A DNA stretch of 40,634 nucleotides from Nitrospinia bacterium (lineage in GTDB: Bacteria > Nitrospinota > Nitrospinia > JACRGO01): the NCBI GenBank assembly GCA_029261755.1, contig JAJDAS010000068.1, forward strand, positions 1 through 40,634. The letters are read 5' to 3'. The position numbers and the translations under genes were made by a program. Below are positions 15,165-24,498 of this stretch, piece by piece (position 1 is the stretch's first letter; each line of letters opens with the position of its first letter). The notes below the pieces were generated by a model. It saw only the letters and a list, made by a program, of their open reading frames with translations, searched no databases and had not been told where the DNA came from.

Positions 15165-17681
15165 ATGGAATTCTTTAAAAAACATAATCTTACCATCCTC
15201 TGCCTAACTCTCATCATTTGTCTGTCCTCCCTGGCTGCATATAACTATTTCCATCAAAAGGAAATTCTCCTCCAACAGTTAAACGTGGATACGGACAGCA
15301 TTGTCCAGTCCGTTACTTCCAGTATTACCAAGTTTACTGCCATCAAGGACCTGATGAATATTCAGGACCTGATTAAGAACATCTCTTTGAAATTGGACAT
15401 TTTTGAATTTCGTTATTTAGATAAAGACGGAATTATCCTCAATTCCATGTTTATCGAGGAAATAGGGGAAAAATTTGAGCGGCCCAATTTCGATCTCTCG
15501 GACCCCAAAAACCTTGGCCGGTTTTACCAGGATGAGCGTGATATGACCAATGTCCTTGCCATTTCCTACCCGGTCAAAGGTGGAGGGCAGGTGCTTGGCA
15601 TCATCGACCTGGCTGTGGATATATCCGAGTTTGATTACACTTCCGAAGAGGTCAAAGAGGCATCCGTTTTAAGGATGCAAACAGACGTAAATAATTTGCT
15701 AAATGCCATTTCAAGTTCTGTTCTCTCCAGCCTCTCCATTTTCGAGACGGTGGATTTTTTTGATTTTCTGAATGCCTTCATCAAGTCCACGGAGAATATT
15801 GTGGAAGTTGCGTTATTGAATAAAGAAGGACAAGTCATGGTCAGCAGCAATCCGGAAAGGGCAGGAAAAGAACTGGGAAAAGAGATCACTGACATCCAAA
15901 GGGGCTTTTTGGTTGAAAATGGAAGAGATGTTTACCGGATCATAGACCACATTGATCCAAAACAACCGGAAGGAAATCACTTGATGCTGCTTATGGACGC
16001 CACATCGTATGTAGCCAACGTGAGACAAATGCTTTTAACGGCCATAGCGGTTTCTCTCTTTACCATTGTATTTGCCCTGACCATAGCCTATTCCATTTAC
16101 CGCATCAATTTGGAAAGGGCGAAAAAGGAAAACCTCCGCCTGGAAACCATGGTCAAGGAAAGAACCAAAGAGTTAAAAAAAGCCAATGAACGCTTGAAAG
16201 AGCTGGACCAGGTTAAATCCGACTTTTTGTCCACCGTTTCCCATGAACTGAGGACGCCCCTCACCTCTGTGGTGGGATTCGCGAAGATTATTAAGAAAAA
16301 ACTTGAGGAAACCATTTTCCCTGTTATTCAGACCGAGGACAAAAAAGTTAAACGGGCTGTAAAACAGGTGGGAGGAAATGTTTCCATTATAGCCCAAGAA
16401 GGGGAAAGGCTTACGACTCTGATAAACGATGTGCTTGACCTGGCAAAAATGGAGGCGGGAAAAATCGAATGGAACATGGAAACTCTGTCCATAACGGAAG
16501 TAGTGGAAAGGGCAACCGCAGCTACCTCTGCCCTCTTGGAACATAAGGATGTTGAGTTCGTTAAGGAATTCGAAGATGGACTGCCCGAGGTAGAGGTAGA
16601 TAAGGACAAGCTGATACAGGTTGTGATCAATATGATCTCCAACGCGGTGAAATTTACGGACCAGGGGTCTGTTACCTGCAAGACGGAAAGAAGAAATGGT
16701 GAGATTGTGGTTAGTGTGTTAGACACGGGCCCGGGAATACCCCAGGAGGATTTGCCGAAGGTATTTGAAAAGTTCAAACAAGTGGGGGATACTCTCACGG
16801 ATAAACCTAAGGGGACGGGCCTGGGACTTCCCATCTGCAAGCAAATCGTGGAGCATCACGGCGGTAAAATATGGGCGGAGAGTGAGGTCGGCAAGGGAAG
16901 CAAGTTCTCTTTTAACATCCCGGTGACAGCGATTTCCGAAAAGGCGACAGAGACAATAGATGTTGAGGATATGAGTGCCTTCTTTAAGCGAGTCAAGGAT
17001 CATGTGGTGTCCACCGAAACCGCGTCTCATGACGGCAAGAAAACCGTCTTGGTCGTGGATGATGAGCCGTCTATTCGCGAGCTGTTAAGGCAGGAACTTG
17101 AGAGCACGGGATACTTAGTTAAAGAAGCTGTGGACGGAATCGATGCGGTGAAACAGGTGAAAGAGCAGCTACCGGACTTGATCATCATGGACGTAATGAT
17201 GCCGCACATGACCGGTTTTGACGCAGCAGCGGTTTTAAGGAATGACCCCCTTACCGCTTCCATCCCTATCGTTATTCTCTCCATAATACAAGACAAGGAA
17301 AGGGGGCGTCGTCTTGGGATCGACCGGCACCTCAGCAAACCCGTCAATATGGAGGAGCTTCTTAAAGATGTCGGCACCTTAACTCACAAAATGGGTTCGG
17401 CGAAAAAAGCCCTGATTATCGATAGTGACAAAAATACGGTAAACACTCTTAGGTATGCCCTAAAAGCCAAAGGGTATATGGTGGAAGGGGCTTATAGCGG
17501 GCCGGAGGGACTGGAAAGGGCCAGGGCCATTGCCCCCGATATGATTGTGGTGGACTCCCTTATCTCGGAACAGCATAGTATCGTAAAAACCCTGCGCTTT
17601 GAAAAAGGGTTTGAAGATGTTGTTTTCCTGTATTTATCGGAAGACCAAAAAAAGAATCTGGAAAATTTAGATGTCACATAA
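15165..17681 (+). CDS. Hybrid sensor histidine kinase (shared sensor domain, paralogue 2) with two C-terminal receiver domains
   Basis: The N-terminal about 330 aa are paralogous to 6740-8497 and 24498-26987. H-box 'SHELRTPL', N 'NMISNAVKFT', G1 'DTGPGI', G2 'GTGLGLPICKQI'. REC1: 'VLVVDDEP...IIMDVMMPHMTG...SKP'. REC2 ('ALIIDSD...MIVVDSL') stops before the conserved Lys region and looks degenerate or truncated. Confidence 0.9.
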   Translation: MEFFKKHNLTILCLTLIICLSSLAAYNYFHQKEILLQQLNVDTDSIVQSVTSSITKFTAIKDLMNIQDLIKNISLKLDIFEFRYLDKDGIILNSMFIEEIGEKFERPNFDLSDPKNLGRFYQDERDMTNVLAISYPVKGGGQVLGIIDLAVDISEFDYTSEEVKEASVLRMQTDVNNLLNAISSSVLSSLSIFETVDFFDFLNAFIKSTENIVEVALLNKEGQVMVSSNPERAGKELGKEITDIQRGFLVENGRDVYRIIDHIDPKQPEGNHLMLLMDATSYVANVRQMLLTAIAVSLFTIVFALTIAYSIYRINLERAKKENLRLETMVKERTKELKKANERLKELDQVKSDFLSTVSHELRTPLTSVVGFAKIIKKKLEETIFPVIQTEDKKVKRAVKQVGGNVSIIAQEGERLTTLINDVLDLAKMEAGKIEWNMETLSITEVVERATAATSALLEHKDVEFVKEFEDGLPEVEVDKDKLIQVVINMISNAVKFTDQGSVTCKTERRNGEIVVSVLDTGPGIPQEDLPKVFEKFKQVGDTLTDKPKGTGLGLPICKQIVEHHGGKIWAESEVGKGSKFSFNIPVTAISEKATETIDVEDMSAFFKRVKDHVVSTETASHDGKKTVLVVDDEPSIRELLRQELESTGYLVKEAVDGIDAVKQVKEQLPDLIIMDVMMPHMTGFDAAAVLRNDPLTASIPIVILSIIQDKERGRRLGIDRHLSKPVNMEELLKDVGTLTHKMGSAKKALIIDSDKNTVNTLRYALKAKGYMVEGAYSGPEGLERARAIAPDMIVVDSLISEQHSIVKTLRFEKGFEDVVFLYLSEDQKKNLENLDVT

Positions 17682-17692
17682 GGAGAAATGAA

Positions 17693-18073
17693 ATGCCAAA
17701 GATATTGATCGTGGATGATGAACCTCACATCAGGCTTCTTTTGGAGCAGACCCTGGAAGAGTTTGAGGATGAAGGTGTTGATATTTTAATCGCCGAAAAT
17801 GGGGAGGCTGGCCTGGAGCTGATCAAGTCGGAAAAACCGGAATTGGTTTTTCTGGACGTGATGATGCCAAAAATGAATGGTTTTGAGGTGTGCGACACAG
17901 TAAAAAACAAGTTGGGAATGAAGGACGTTCATATCATCATGCTTACGGCCAAGGGGCAGGAGTTCGACAAAGAAAAAGGGGCAGAGGTAGGTTGCGACTT
18001 GTATTTAACCAAACCTTTTGATCCGGATCATATCGTGGAAAAGGCTTCGGAGGTTTTGGGAATGGAATTGTAG
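17693..18073 (+). CDS. Single-domain (CheY-like) response regulator
   Basis: 'KILIVDDEPHIR', 'VFLDVMMPKMNG', 'IMLTAKG', 'YLTKPF'. 126 aa. Starts 12 nt after the hybrid kinase stop. Confidence 0.9.
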   Translation: MPKILIVDDEPHIRLLLEQTLEEFEDEGVDILIAENGEAGLELIKSEKPELVFLDVMMPKMNGFEVCDTVKNKLGMKDVHIIMLTAKGQEFDKEKGAEVGCDLYLTKPFDPDHIVEKASEVLGMEL

Positions 18074-18079
18074 CGTTCA

Positions 18080-19534
18080 CTATTTCAGCGGCAGCCGGAT
18101 TACGAAATTCGCCCCGTTAAACCCTTCCACTCCGGAATAATTTCCATTTACGGCCTTGATGCTTCCGCTATGCTCTTCTACCATGCTCTTCGTGATGGCC
18201 AGCCCCAAGCCCGTGCCTCTCTTTTTTCCTTTGGTCACGAAAGGCTCAAATAAGTCATCAATAATATCATCAGGGATTCCCTCTCCCGTATCTGAAAACA
18301 CTATTTCAAGGCTGTCAGGTTGGACCAGCCGAGTCAGCGCCAAAAATCTCCCACCACTGGCCAAAACTTCCTTTGCGTTCCCGGAAATATTGAATACAGC
18401 CCTTTGAAACCTGTCACGGTCAATATTAAAATCGCCGCTATAGCTAAGCCTGGTTTTCACTTCAATGTTTTTCGACGCCATATCACTTTCAATAAAAGAA
18501 ATAATCTCTCCAAAAAAGCTTTCCACGCTGGTTTTTTCCTTAACAATTACAATTTTATTTCCACGTGAAAAGACCAGGAGGTCTTCAACCATATCAACCA
18601 GTTTGTGCACGGATTTTACTACCATGTCGCTGAAACGGGCTCTCTCTTCAGAGGTTAATTCCATTGCGAGCAGTTCAGCAAACCCTTGAATTGCGGCCAT
18701 AGGGTTCTTCAAGTCATGAATAATCCCCCCGGCCATCTGGCCGATGAGGGTGAATTTCTCATTGGTTATTTTTTCTTCAAGAAGGCGGAAATTCTCGATA
18801 CCTTCCGCAATCAAAGTAGATATTGAACTAAGAAGGGATTCATCCTCACTGGTAAATATTCCCTTAGTTTTGTTACTTAAGTTTAAGACACCCACAACCT
18901 TTTCCTTTTGCTTTAAAGGCAGGCATAACAAAGATTCGATATTGACCTTGCCTCCCTTGATGAAATCAGGATGTTTTTCGGGTTCATTGGTAATGACGGG
19001 GTTTCCGCTTTCCATCACCTTGTCGGCAATTCCTCCATTGTTTCCCGTCAGCCATGATTCTTCGTTAAGAACTTTCCCGAAAGCGGTTTTGAGGATAAAC
19101 TTGCGGCTTTTAGGTTCCATCACCATGATGGAACAATTTTCAACACTTATTTCCTGGCTAATGATCTGAGTGGCGGTAGAAAGAATATGGTCAAGATCAA
19201 CCGATGAGCTAAAAATTTCGTTTAATTTTGCAAGAAAACTCAGCTCTTTGTATTTTTGGAGTGCGTGGGTGGTGAGGCTTTTCTTTTCAAGTATATTTTG
19301 TAGGGCTATGGTAAAGAGCTTTACAGCTTTCGGGTTTTCGGCTCCGCCGGAAAAATAACCAATAAGGGTATTCTCAAAAATAACCTCATTACGTTCATAT
19401 TCTGTATGCCATTCCGTTTTAAATTCCGATGTTTCATAGAGAGGGGATCCATCAACCCTATAAAAACAAATGGGTCCCGCCAAAGTGGAAAGGCTGTCGC
19501 AAATCAATTTAATGTCTTTTTTCCTGATGATCAT
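18080..19534 (-). CDS. GAF-domain sensor histidine kinase (cytoplasmic)
   Basis: No TM segment. The GAF-like middle region includes 'VENCSIMVMEP' and 'LCLPLKQKEKVVGVLNL'. H-box 'IIHDLKNPM', G1 'DTGEGI', G2 'GTGLGLAITKSM'. Confidence 0.85.
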   Translation of the reverse strand: MIIRKKDIKLICDSLSTLAGPICFYRVDGSPLYETSEFKTEWHTEYERNEVIFENTLIGYFSGGAENPKAVKLFTIALQNILEKKSLTTHALQKYKELSFLAKLNEIFSSSVDLDHILSTATQIISQEISVENCSIMVMEPKSRKFILKTAFGKVLNEESWLTGNNGGIADKVMESGNPVITNEPEKHPDFIKGGKVNIESLLCLPLKQKEKVVGVLNLSNKTKGIFTSEDESLLSSISTLIAEGIENFRLLEEKITNEKFTLIGQMAGGIIHDLKNPMAAIQGFAELLAMELTSEERARFSDMVVKSVHKLVDMVEDLLVFSRGNKIVIVKEKTSVESFFGEIISFIESDMASKNIEVKTRLSYSGDFNIDRDRFQRAVFNISGNAKEVLASGGRFLALTRLVQPDSLEIVFSDTGEGIPDDIIDDLFEPFVTKGKKRGTGLGLAITKSMVEEHSGSIKAVNGNYSGVEGFNGANFVIRLPLK

Positions 19535-19824
19535 TTATTACGTCCATTTTTCATAATAGTCATCACTGGAATTTTATTATGTGCGTATAGTCGAAGTTTT
19601 TTCCAAGTTTCTAAATTGTCGGAGCGTACTCAAAAAAACAATCCAATCGATTAATCATAAAGGTTCTCAATTTTTTGGTCAAGAAGGGTTATTTGTATAT
19701 TTTGGAGGTGGCGTGCACTAGCTGTATCCTGTTGAAATTTTGGGCAGCCTCAAGTGGCATTATGTCAGAAAAATCATACTTATTTTACCTAGCAAGGAAC
19801 TTGTAAAGACAAACCGGCCGTTTT

Positions 19825-19858
19825 TTTTGACTTTAAAAAGTGATTCTGTTAACCTTTG
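19825..19858 (+). promoter_or_regulatory. Conserved promoter-like 34-nt box, copy 2
   Basis: ttttgactttaaaaagtgattctgttaacctttg has the same orientation as copy 1 at 15031-15064. It is separated from the next + strand genes (20501) by the repeat cluster. Confidence 0.4.
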
Positions 19859-19972
19859 GTAAAATATGGGGGATAGTTTATAAAATCACTCTATTTTCTT
19901 CTCACTGCAAGCCTTTTTTGTAACCGTTCGCGGGGAGAAGGTTTGCTTGTCCGGCTATCCCGCTATTCCTCT

Positions 19973-20286
19973 CGTTCCCAGGCTCTGCCTCAATGGCATT
20001 AAGTTAAGGAAATTTTTCCGGTTTTGTCCCGGAGGGACAGCCGAAATTAGCCCAGCAATTCATTGCTGGGTAAAGGACCCAAATAATAAAGTCCCGTAGG
20101 GACGACTGAATCCCAGGGTTCGTTCCACATCGCTTTTCAGCCGTCCCTCCGGGACTTAAAAATCTCTGGCGGCAGACCCAGCGATAAATCGCTGGGCTAT
20201 TTTCGATTGTCCCTCTGGGACAAAAAAGAATCAAACCCCAAACCAAAAAGCTTAACTTAACGCCAGTGAGGCTCTACCTGGGAATG
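19973..20286. repeat. MITE-like element: about 36-bp terminal inverted repeats enclosing an inverted pair of about 80-nt stem-loop units
   Basis: TIRs are cgttcccaggctctgcctcaatggcattaagttaag (19973-20008) and cttaacttaacgccagtgaggctctacctgggaatg (20251-20286), matching at 29 of 36 positions when one is reverse-complemented. Inside are GTCCC-N3-GGGAC hairpins at 20026, 20091, 20143 and 20209, and cccagc-N8-gctggg hairpins at 20051-20070 and 20177-20196. Unit 20026-20103 is the inverted copy of unit 20143-20221. Confidence 0.7.
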
Positions 20287-20293
20287 CATACCC

Positions 20294-20435
20294 GGAGGCT
20301 CAGCCTCCTGTATGAAAAGGTCAGAAGGTTTCTTTTTCCCAACGCGTTCCCATGAAACATTAGAACCGAAGTTCCTACTTCCTCCACTTAAGAGGCAGAC
20401 CCTCTTAAACTGCATTCCCAGGCTGAGCCTGGGAA
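20294..20435. repeat. Additional short palindromic (REP-like) hairpins
   Basis: ggaggctcagcctcc (20294-20308) and ttcccaggctgagcctgggaa (20415-20435). They use the same cccagg/cctggg and ggagg/cctcc vocabulary as the neighbouring TIRs. Confidence 0.6.
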
Positions 20436-20500
20436 CGAGAGGAGGCTTCAAAAGCCCCTAAAAAAAGCAAATCCCTGTTGAGCTTAAAGGAAAATATCAT

Positions 20501-20869
20501 ATGGCAAGTATATTGGTTATTGATGATGATGAACAGATTTTAATTATGCTTAAGAAGATGCTTGAGCTGGCTGGGTACGAAGTTACTACAGCTAACAACG
20601 GCATAAAAGGGCTCCAACTTTTCCGCCAAAAACAGACTGATTTAGTTATTACAGATATTATTATGCCTGATAAAGAAGGAATAGAGACCATCGGTGACTT
20701 AAAAAAAGAATTTCCTGATGTAAAAATTATTGCAGTATCAGGAGGCGGGATCAATGAAGCTGAACACTATCTGGACATTGCATCCGACTTTGGCGCGGAA
20801 ATGACTTTTGCCAAACCTATAGACAGTAAAAATTTTTTAGAAGGAGTAAAAAAAATCCTATTACACTGA
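20501..20869 (+). CDS. Single-domain response regulator (tandem copy 1)
   Basis: 'ILVIDDDEQIL', 'LVITDIIMPDKEG', 'IIAVSGGG', 'FAKP'. 122 aa. Confidence 0.9.
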   Translation: MASILVIDDDEQILIMLKKMLELAGYEVTTANNGIKGLQLFRQKQTDLVITDIIMPDKEGIETIGDLKKEFPDVKIIAVSGGGINEAEHYLDIASDFGAEMTFAKPIDSKNFLEGVKKILLH

Positions 20870-20901
20870 AATTACCCTAATGTATTAGAGGAAAATATAA
20901 T

Positions 20902-21270
20902 ATGGCAAGTATACTGGTTATTGATGATGATGAACAGATTTTAATTTTGCTTAAAAGTATGCTCAAGCGGCAAGGGCACGAGATTGTTACCGCTAATAAC
21001 GGCGAGGAGGGAATCAAACTTTTCCGTCAAAAACCGACAGATTTGGTTATAACAGATCTTGTTATGCCTGAAAAAGAAGGAATAGAGACTATTATTGAGC
21101 TTAAAAAGGATTTTCCTGACGTGAAAATTATTGCAGTTTCAGGAGGCGGGATTAATGTTGCTGAAAACTACCTGGATGTTGCATCTGATTTTGGCGCGGA
21201 TATGGCTTTTGCCAAACCCTTAGACAGTGAAAAGTTTTTAGAAGGAGTGGGGAAAATCCTGCAACAATAG
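20902..21270 (+). CDS. Single-domain response regulator (tandem copy 2)
   Basis: Same length as copy 1 and near-identical at the 5' end, including the RBS region. 'LVITDLVMPEKEG', 'IIAVSGGG'. Confidence 0.9.
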   Translation: MASILVIDDDEQILILLKSMLKRQGHEIVTANNGEEGIKLFRQKPTDLVITDLVMPEKEGIETIIELKKDFPDVKIIAVSGGGINVAENYLDVASDFGADMAFAKPLDSEKFLEGVGKILQQ

Positions 21271-21338
21271 ATTTTTGTATCACTTATTTCGGGATTCCAC
21301 ATAATAGTGTCGCAGTACTCTTTGCCTGGAGAGGATTT

Positions 21339-21950
21339 ATGGTCAAAAAAAGAACTTTGAATTTTCACCTTATTTTCTTAGTATTTATCTCTCCTTTAAT
21401 TTTCGTTTCCTTCTGTAACGCGCAAGATGACCGCATTGAAGCGGAACTGAAAGACACCTCCCCTTTTGTTAATCCTTTAAAGTCTGCCCTCGGAGACGTT
21501 GCATATGAAAAAGCCATAAAGTCCGGGGAGTATACTTACTCAGGCAATTTAAAATGTCGGTTATGCCACCGGGATTTTTTTATGGGCCGGAAAAAGGACC
21601 TCCATGAACATACCTTCAAAAAAAGCGTAAAAAAACATCGCAAGGAAACCCGATGTTTTCCTTGCCATGCCACGGGTTATGGTATTGACTCGGGCTTCAC
21701 CAGTTTGAAAGAGACCCCAAAACTTGCAAACGTTCAGTGCGAAGGATGCCATGGGCCGGGGCGCAAACATAATGAACTCGGAGCCAAAGGGGGATTTTTA
21801 GCCGGCACGGATAAACCAGACACCATTAAAAAAATGTGCCAGGCGTGTCACAATTCCAGATGGAATAAGTCTTATAAAGACCTGGACACTGCCTACAAGG
21901 CGTATAAAGACGCCGAGGCAGCCGCTATCGCCCCAAGCCCAGGGAAATAG
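21339..21950 (+). CDS. Tetrahaem c-type cytochrome, copy B
   Basis: Signal peptide plus CRLCH, CFPCH, CEGCH, CQACH. Long runs are identical at nucleotide level to copy A, for example cgggcttcaccagtttgaaagagaccccaaaact. Confidence 0.9.
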   Translation: MVKKRTLNFHLIFLVFISPLIFVSFCNAQDDRIEAELKDTSPFVNPLKSALGDVAYEKAIKSGEYTYSGNLKCRLCHRDFFMGRKKDLHEHTFKKSVKKHRKETRCFPCHATGYGIDSGFTSLKETPKLANVQCEGCHGPGRKHNELGAKGGFLAGTDKPDTIKKMCQACHNSRWNKSYKDLDTAYKAYKDAEAAAIAPSPGK

Positions 21951-22006
21951 TAAAAAAGTTTTTTTCTGCGGTCTCTGCGCAGCGTTAAATTATTAAGGAG
22001 AGTCTC

Positions 22007-23164
22007 ATGCGAAAATCAACTTTTGCCCTGTTTTTCCCCATTTTGTTTTTTGCATGCATTCTTTTGCCCTCTTCGGTTTGCGCGGAAAAGTCCGCTGTAG
22101 TGAAACCACAAAAAAGCATTGCCCTCGGCACGCCCGAAACCTGTGGCGCATGCCATACAAGGATTTTACAGGAGTGGTCCGGCGCCATGCATGCGAAGGC
22201 GGATCCCGAAAAAGATCCCATCGTGGGGGCCTACTATAAATATTTCTCCGAAAAAAAAATCGACACCGGGAAATGCGATAAATGCCATGCCCCAATCCGC
22301 GCCCTTTATCCGGTAGAAACCAAAGGAAACATGGAACTCAAAAAGGCCGGCGTGAACTGTATCTTCTGCCACTCGATTTATGGAAAGAACCCCGGAGAAA
22401 AACATGGAATAGATTTTTACAAGCTCGACCTCCTGAAATCACCTGCGGGCGCGTCTAAAAATAAGGAAAAAGAGGAAGCCCACAATGCGGAATTTGTGGG
22501 TATTTTCAAACATGTGGATATATGCGCCGGGTGCCACCAGGGTGGGGAAACCGACTATTACGCAAAAGGAAAACCCAAGACCCTCTGCCAACAATGCCAC
22601 ATGCCGACGAAAAAAAATATGAAGTTGGCTGATGATGGCCCGGTGCGGGAAAAAGTCTATCGCCATCTTTTCGAAGGCGGGCATTCTGAAACCTTGCTAA
22701 ACTTGGCGGCCAGTGTTGAGGGGGGGGCAAGGAAAGAGAACGACAAAACTATACTAAATCTTTCCGTGGAAAATTTTGCCGTGCACGACATTCCGGCCGG
22801 GTTTCCTCTAAGGGCTATTTATTTGAAAGTGGTGGGCCTTGATAAGAACCAAAAGCCTGTTTGGTCCAATTATGAGAAAGACCCGAAAACGGAAGACCCT
22901 TCAGGTTATTTTGCCTTGCATTTTCAAGAAGAAGATGAGCCCTATGTCCATTATGTGAAAGATGTAAAACCCATTAAGGACACACGTTTGAAAGCCTCCG
23001 CTATTGAAGAGCTTACCTATGAGGTCCCGTCGGACAAGGTGGAGACTTTTCAGGTCCGACTTTATTATCGGTTGTTGCCCAAAAGCGTTATCCAAAAGCT
23101 AGAAATCGAGGGGGAATTCCCCAGGGAAACTTTGATGTTTGAAGCTACTGTTTATGTTAATTAA
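22007..23164 (+). CDS. Pentahaem c-type cytochrome, copy B1
   Basis: Signal peptide. CGACH, CDKCH, CIFCH, CAGCH, CQQCH. The haem-free C-terminal domain is paralogous to 13319-14470. Confidence 0.9.
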   Translation: MRKSTFALFFPILFFACILLPSSVCAEKSAVVKPQKSIALGTPETCGACHTRILQEWSGAMHAKADPEKDPIVGAYYKYFSEKKIDTGKCDKCHAPIRALYPVETKGNMELKKAGVNCIFCHSIYGKNPGEKHGIDFYKLDLLKSPAGASKNKEKEEAHNAEFVGIFKHVDICAGCHQGGETDYYAKGKPKTLCQQCHMPTKKNMKLADDGPVREKVYRHLFEGGHSETLLNLAASVEGGARKENDKTILNLSVENFAVHDIPAGFPLRAIYLKVVGLDKNQKPVWSNYEKDPKTEDPSGYFALHFQEEDEPYVHYVKDVKPIKDTRLKASAIEELTYEVPSDKVETFQVRLYYRLLPKSVIQKLEIEGEFPRETLMFEATVYVN

Positions 23165-23319
23165 TATACTTTTTTCGTAACTACTCAGGTGAAAAAGTCG
23201 AAGGCTGAGGGCTAAAGTAAATCAAGTATATCGAAATACCTTAATCAAACTATTCATAACCTTTTGAGTGCTTTTTCCTTCAGCTTTCAGTCTGAACACC
23301 TTAGCACTTACCTTTTTTC

Positions 23320-24498
23320 TTGAATACTGTGCTTTCCATTAAAAAAAATCCCTTCTATTTTTCTTTTCCGTTAGTTATACTTCTCTGTTTTATTTCCCAT
23401 TTCCCTGTTGACGCCAAGGAAAACAAGGTCATCTCCAAGCCTCCCGAAAGTTCCGGGCTGCCTTCCTCGGCTTCCTGCGGAACAGAGGATTGTCATACAC
23501 GGATCTTTAAAGAATGGTCCAAAACCATGCACTCGCAATCCTCTCCGCAAAAAGACCCATTGGTAAAGGCTTTTTATGGCTACTTGGCAAAAGAAAATTA
23601 CGATACCGGGGAATGTGACGTATGCCACGTTCCCATGCGATCGGTTTATTCGAAGGAAAAAGAAAAAAACTCAGCCTTTTTTGATGAAGGGGTAAACTGT
23701 GTCTTTTGTCATTCCATTTATGGGAAAACGGCGGAGGGTGGGAAGGGATTGCATTATTATCATCTGGATTTCCTGAAACCTCTCACGGGTCCCACAAAAA
23801 CGGGCAAGGAGGCGCATGATGCCGAATTTATCGGCATGTTTAAAAAGGTAGATATATGCGCGGGTTGCCATCAAAACGGGGAAATGGAATATGCCACCAA
23901 AGGGAAAACGAAGTCTCCTTGCCAGCAATGCCACATGCCTTCTAAAAAGAAGCTAAAGTCCGCAGATATGGGTAAGGTCCGCGAAAAAGTTCACAGGCAT
24001 CTCTTTGAGGGGGGGCACTCGGAGTTATTGCTCAGTATGGCCGTTATTGTTTCCGGCGAGGCTCGAAGAGATGGCGGCAAAACCATAGTGGTGATCACCC
24101 TGGAAAATCCATCCCTCCACCCCATACCCATTGGATTCCCCCTCCGGGCCATTTATATGAAGGTGGTGGGTCTTGATGAAAATGAAGAACCGGTTTGGAC
24201 CAATTATCAGGCAAATCCCAAAAAAGAGGCGGCGGACGCCTACTTCGCCCTGTTTTTTCCGGAAGAGGATGAAGTTTATGTACACTGCGTTAAAGACATC
24301 AAGCCGGTTAAGGACACAAGGTTGCAGGCTTCTTCTACCAGGGAGTTCTCCCTTGAAGTCCCCTCGGAAAAGATAGAGACTCTACAAGTTCAGCTCTTTT
24401 ACCGTCTGCTGCCCGAGACCATCCTTAAAAAGCTGAATGTTGATGAGGCCCATGCTCCGGAGGTCCTGATGCTGGAGGAAACGATTTATGTGGATTAA
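23320..24498 (+). CDS. Pentahaem c-type cytochrome, copy B2 (first site is CX4CH)
   Basis: TTG start per the ORF track, so the exact start is uncertain. 'CGTEDCH' replaces the first CXXCH, followed by CDVCH, CVFCH, CAGCH, CQQCH. The C-terminal domain is conserved with the other two paralogues. Confidence 0.85.
   Translation: MNTVLSIKKNPFYFSFPLVILLCFISHFPVDAKENKVISKPPESSGLPSSASCGTEDCHTRIFKEWSKTMHSQSSPQKDPLVKAFYGYLAKENYDTGECDVCHVPMRSVYSKEKEKNSAFFDEGVNCVFCHSIYGKTAEGGKGLHYYHLDFLKPLTGPTKTGKEAHDAEFIGMFKKVDICAGCHQNGEMEYATKGKTKSPCQQCHMPSKKKLKSADMGKVREKVHRHLFEGGHSELLLSMAVIVSGEARRDGGKTIVVITLENPSLHPIPIGFPLRAIYMKVVGLDENEEPVWTNYQANPKKEAADAYFALFFPEEDEVYVHCVKDIKPVKDTRLQASSTREFSLEVPSEKIETLQVQLFYRLLPETILKKLNVDEAHAPEVLMLEETIYVD

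Noticed and set aside
20004-20451. Two minus-strand ORFs (20004-20246 and 20257-20451) in the ORF track.
   Set aside because: They coincide exactly with the palindromic repeat cluster. The peptides read like translated hairpin repeats, and no start context is present.
19900-20460. CRISPR array.
   Set aside because: The repeats are inverted or palindromic units of different kinds, not direct repeats with regular unique spacers. No cas genes are in the window.
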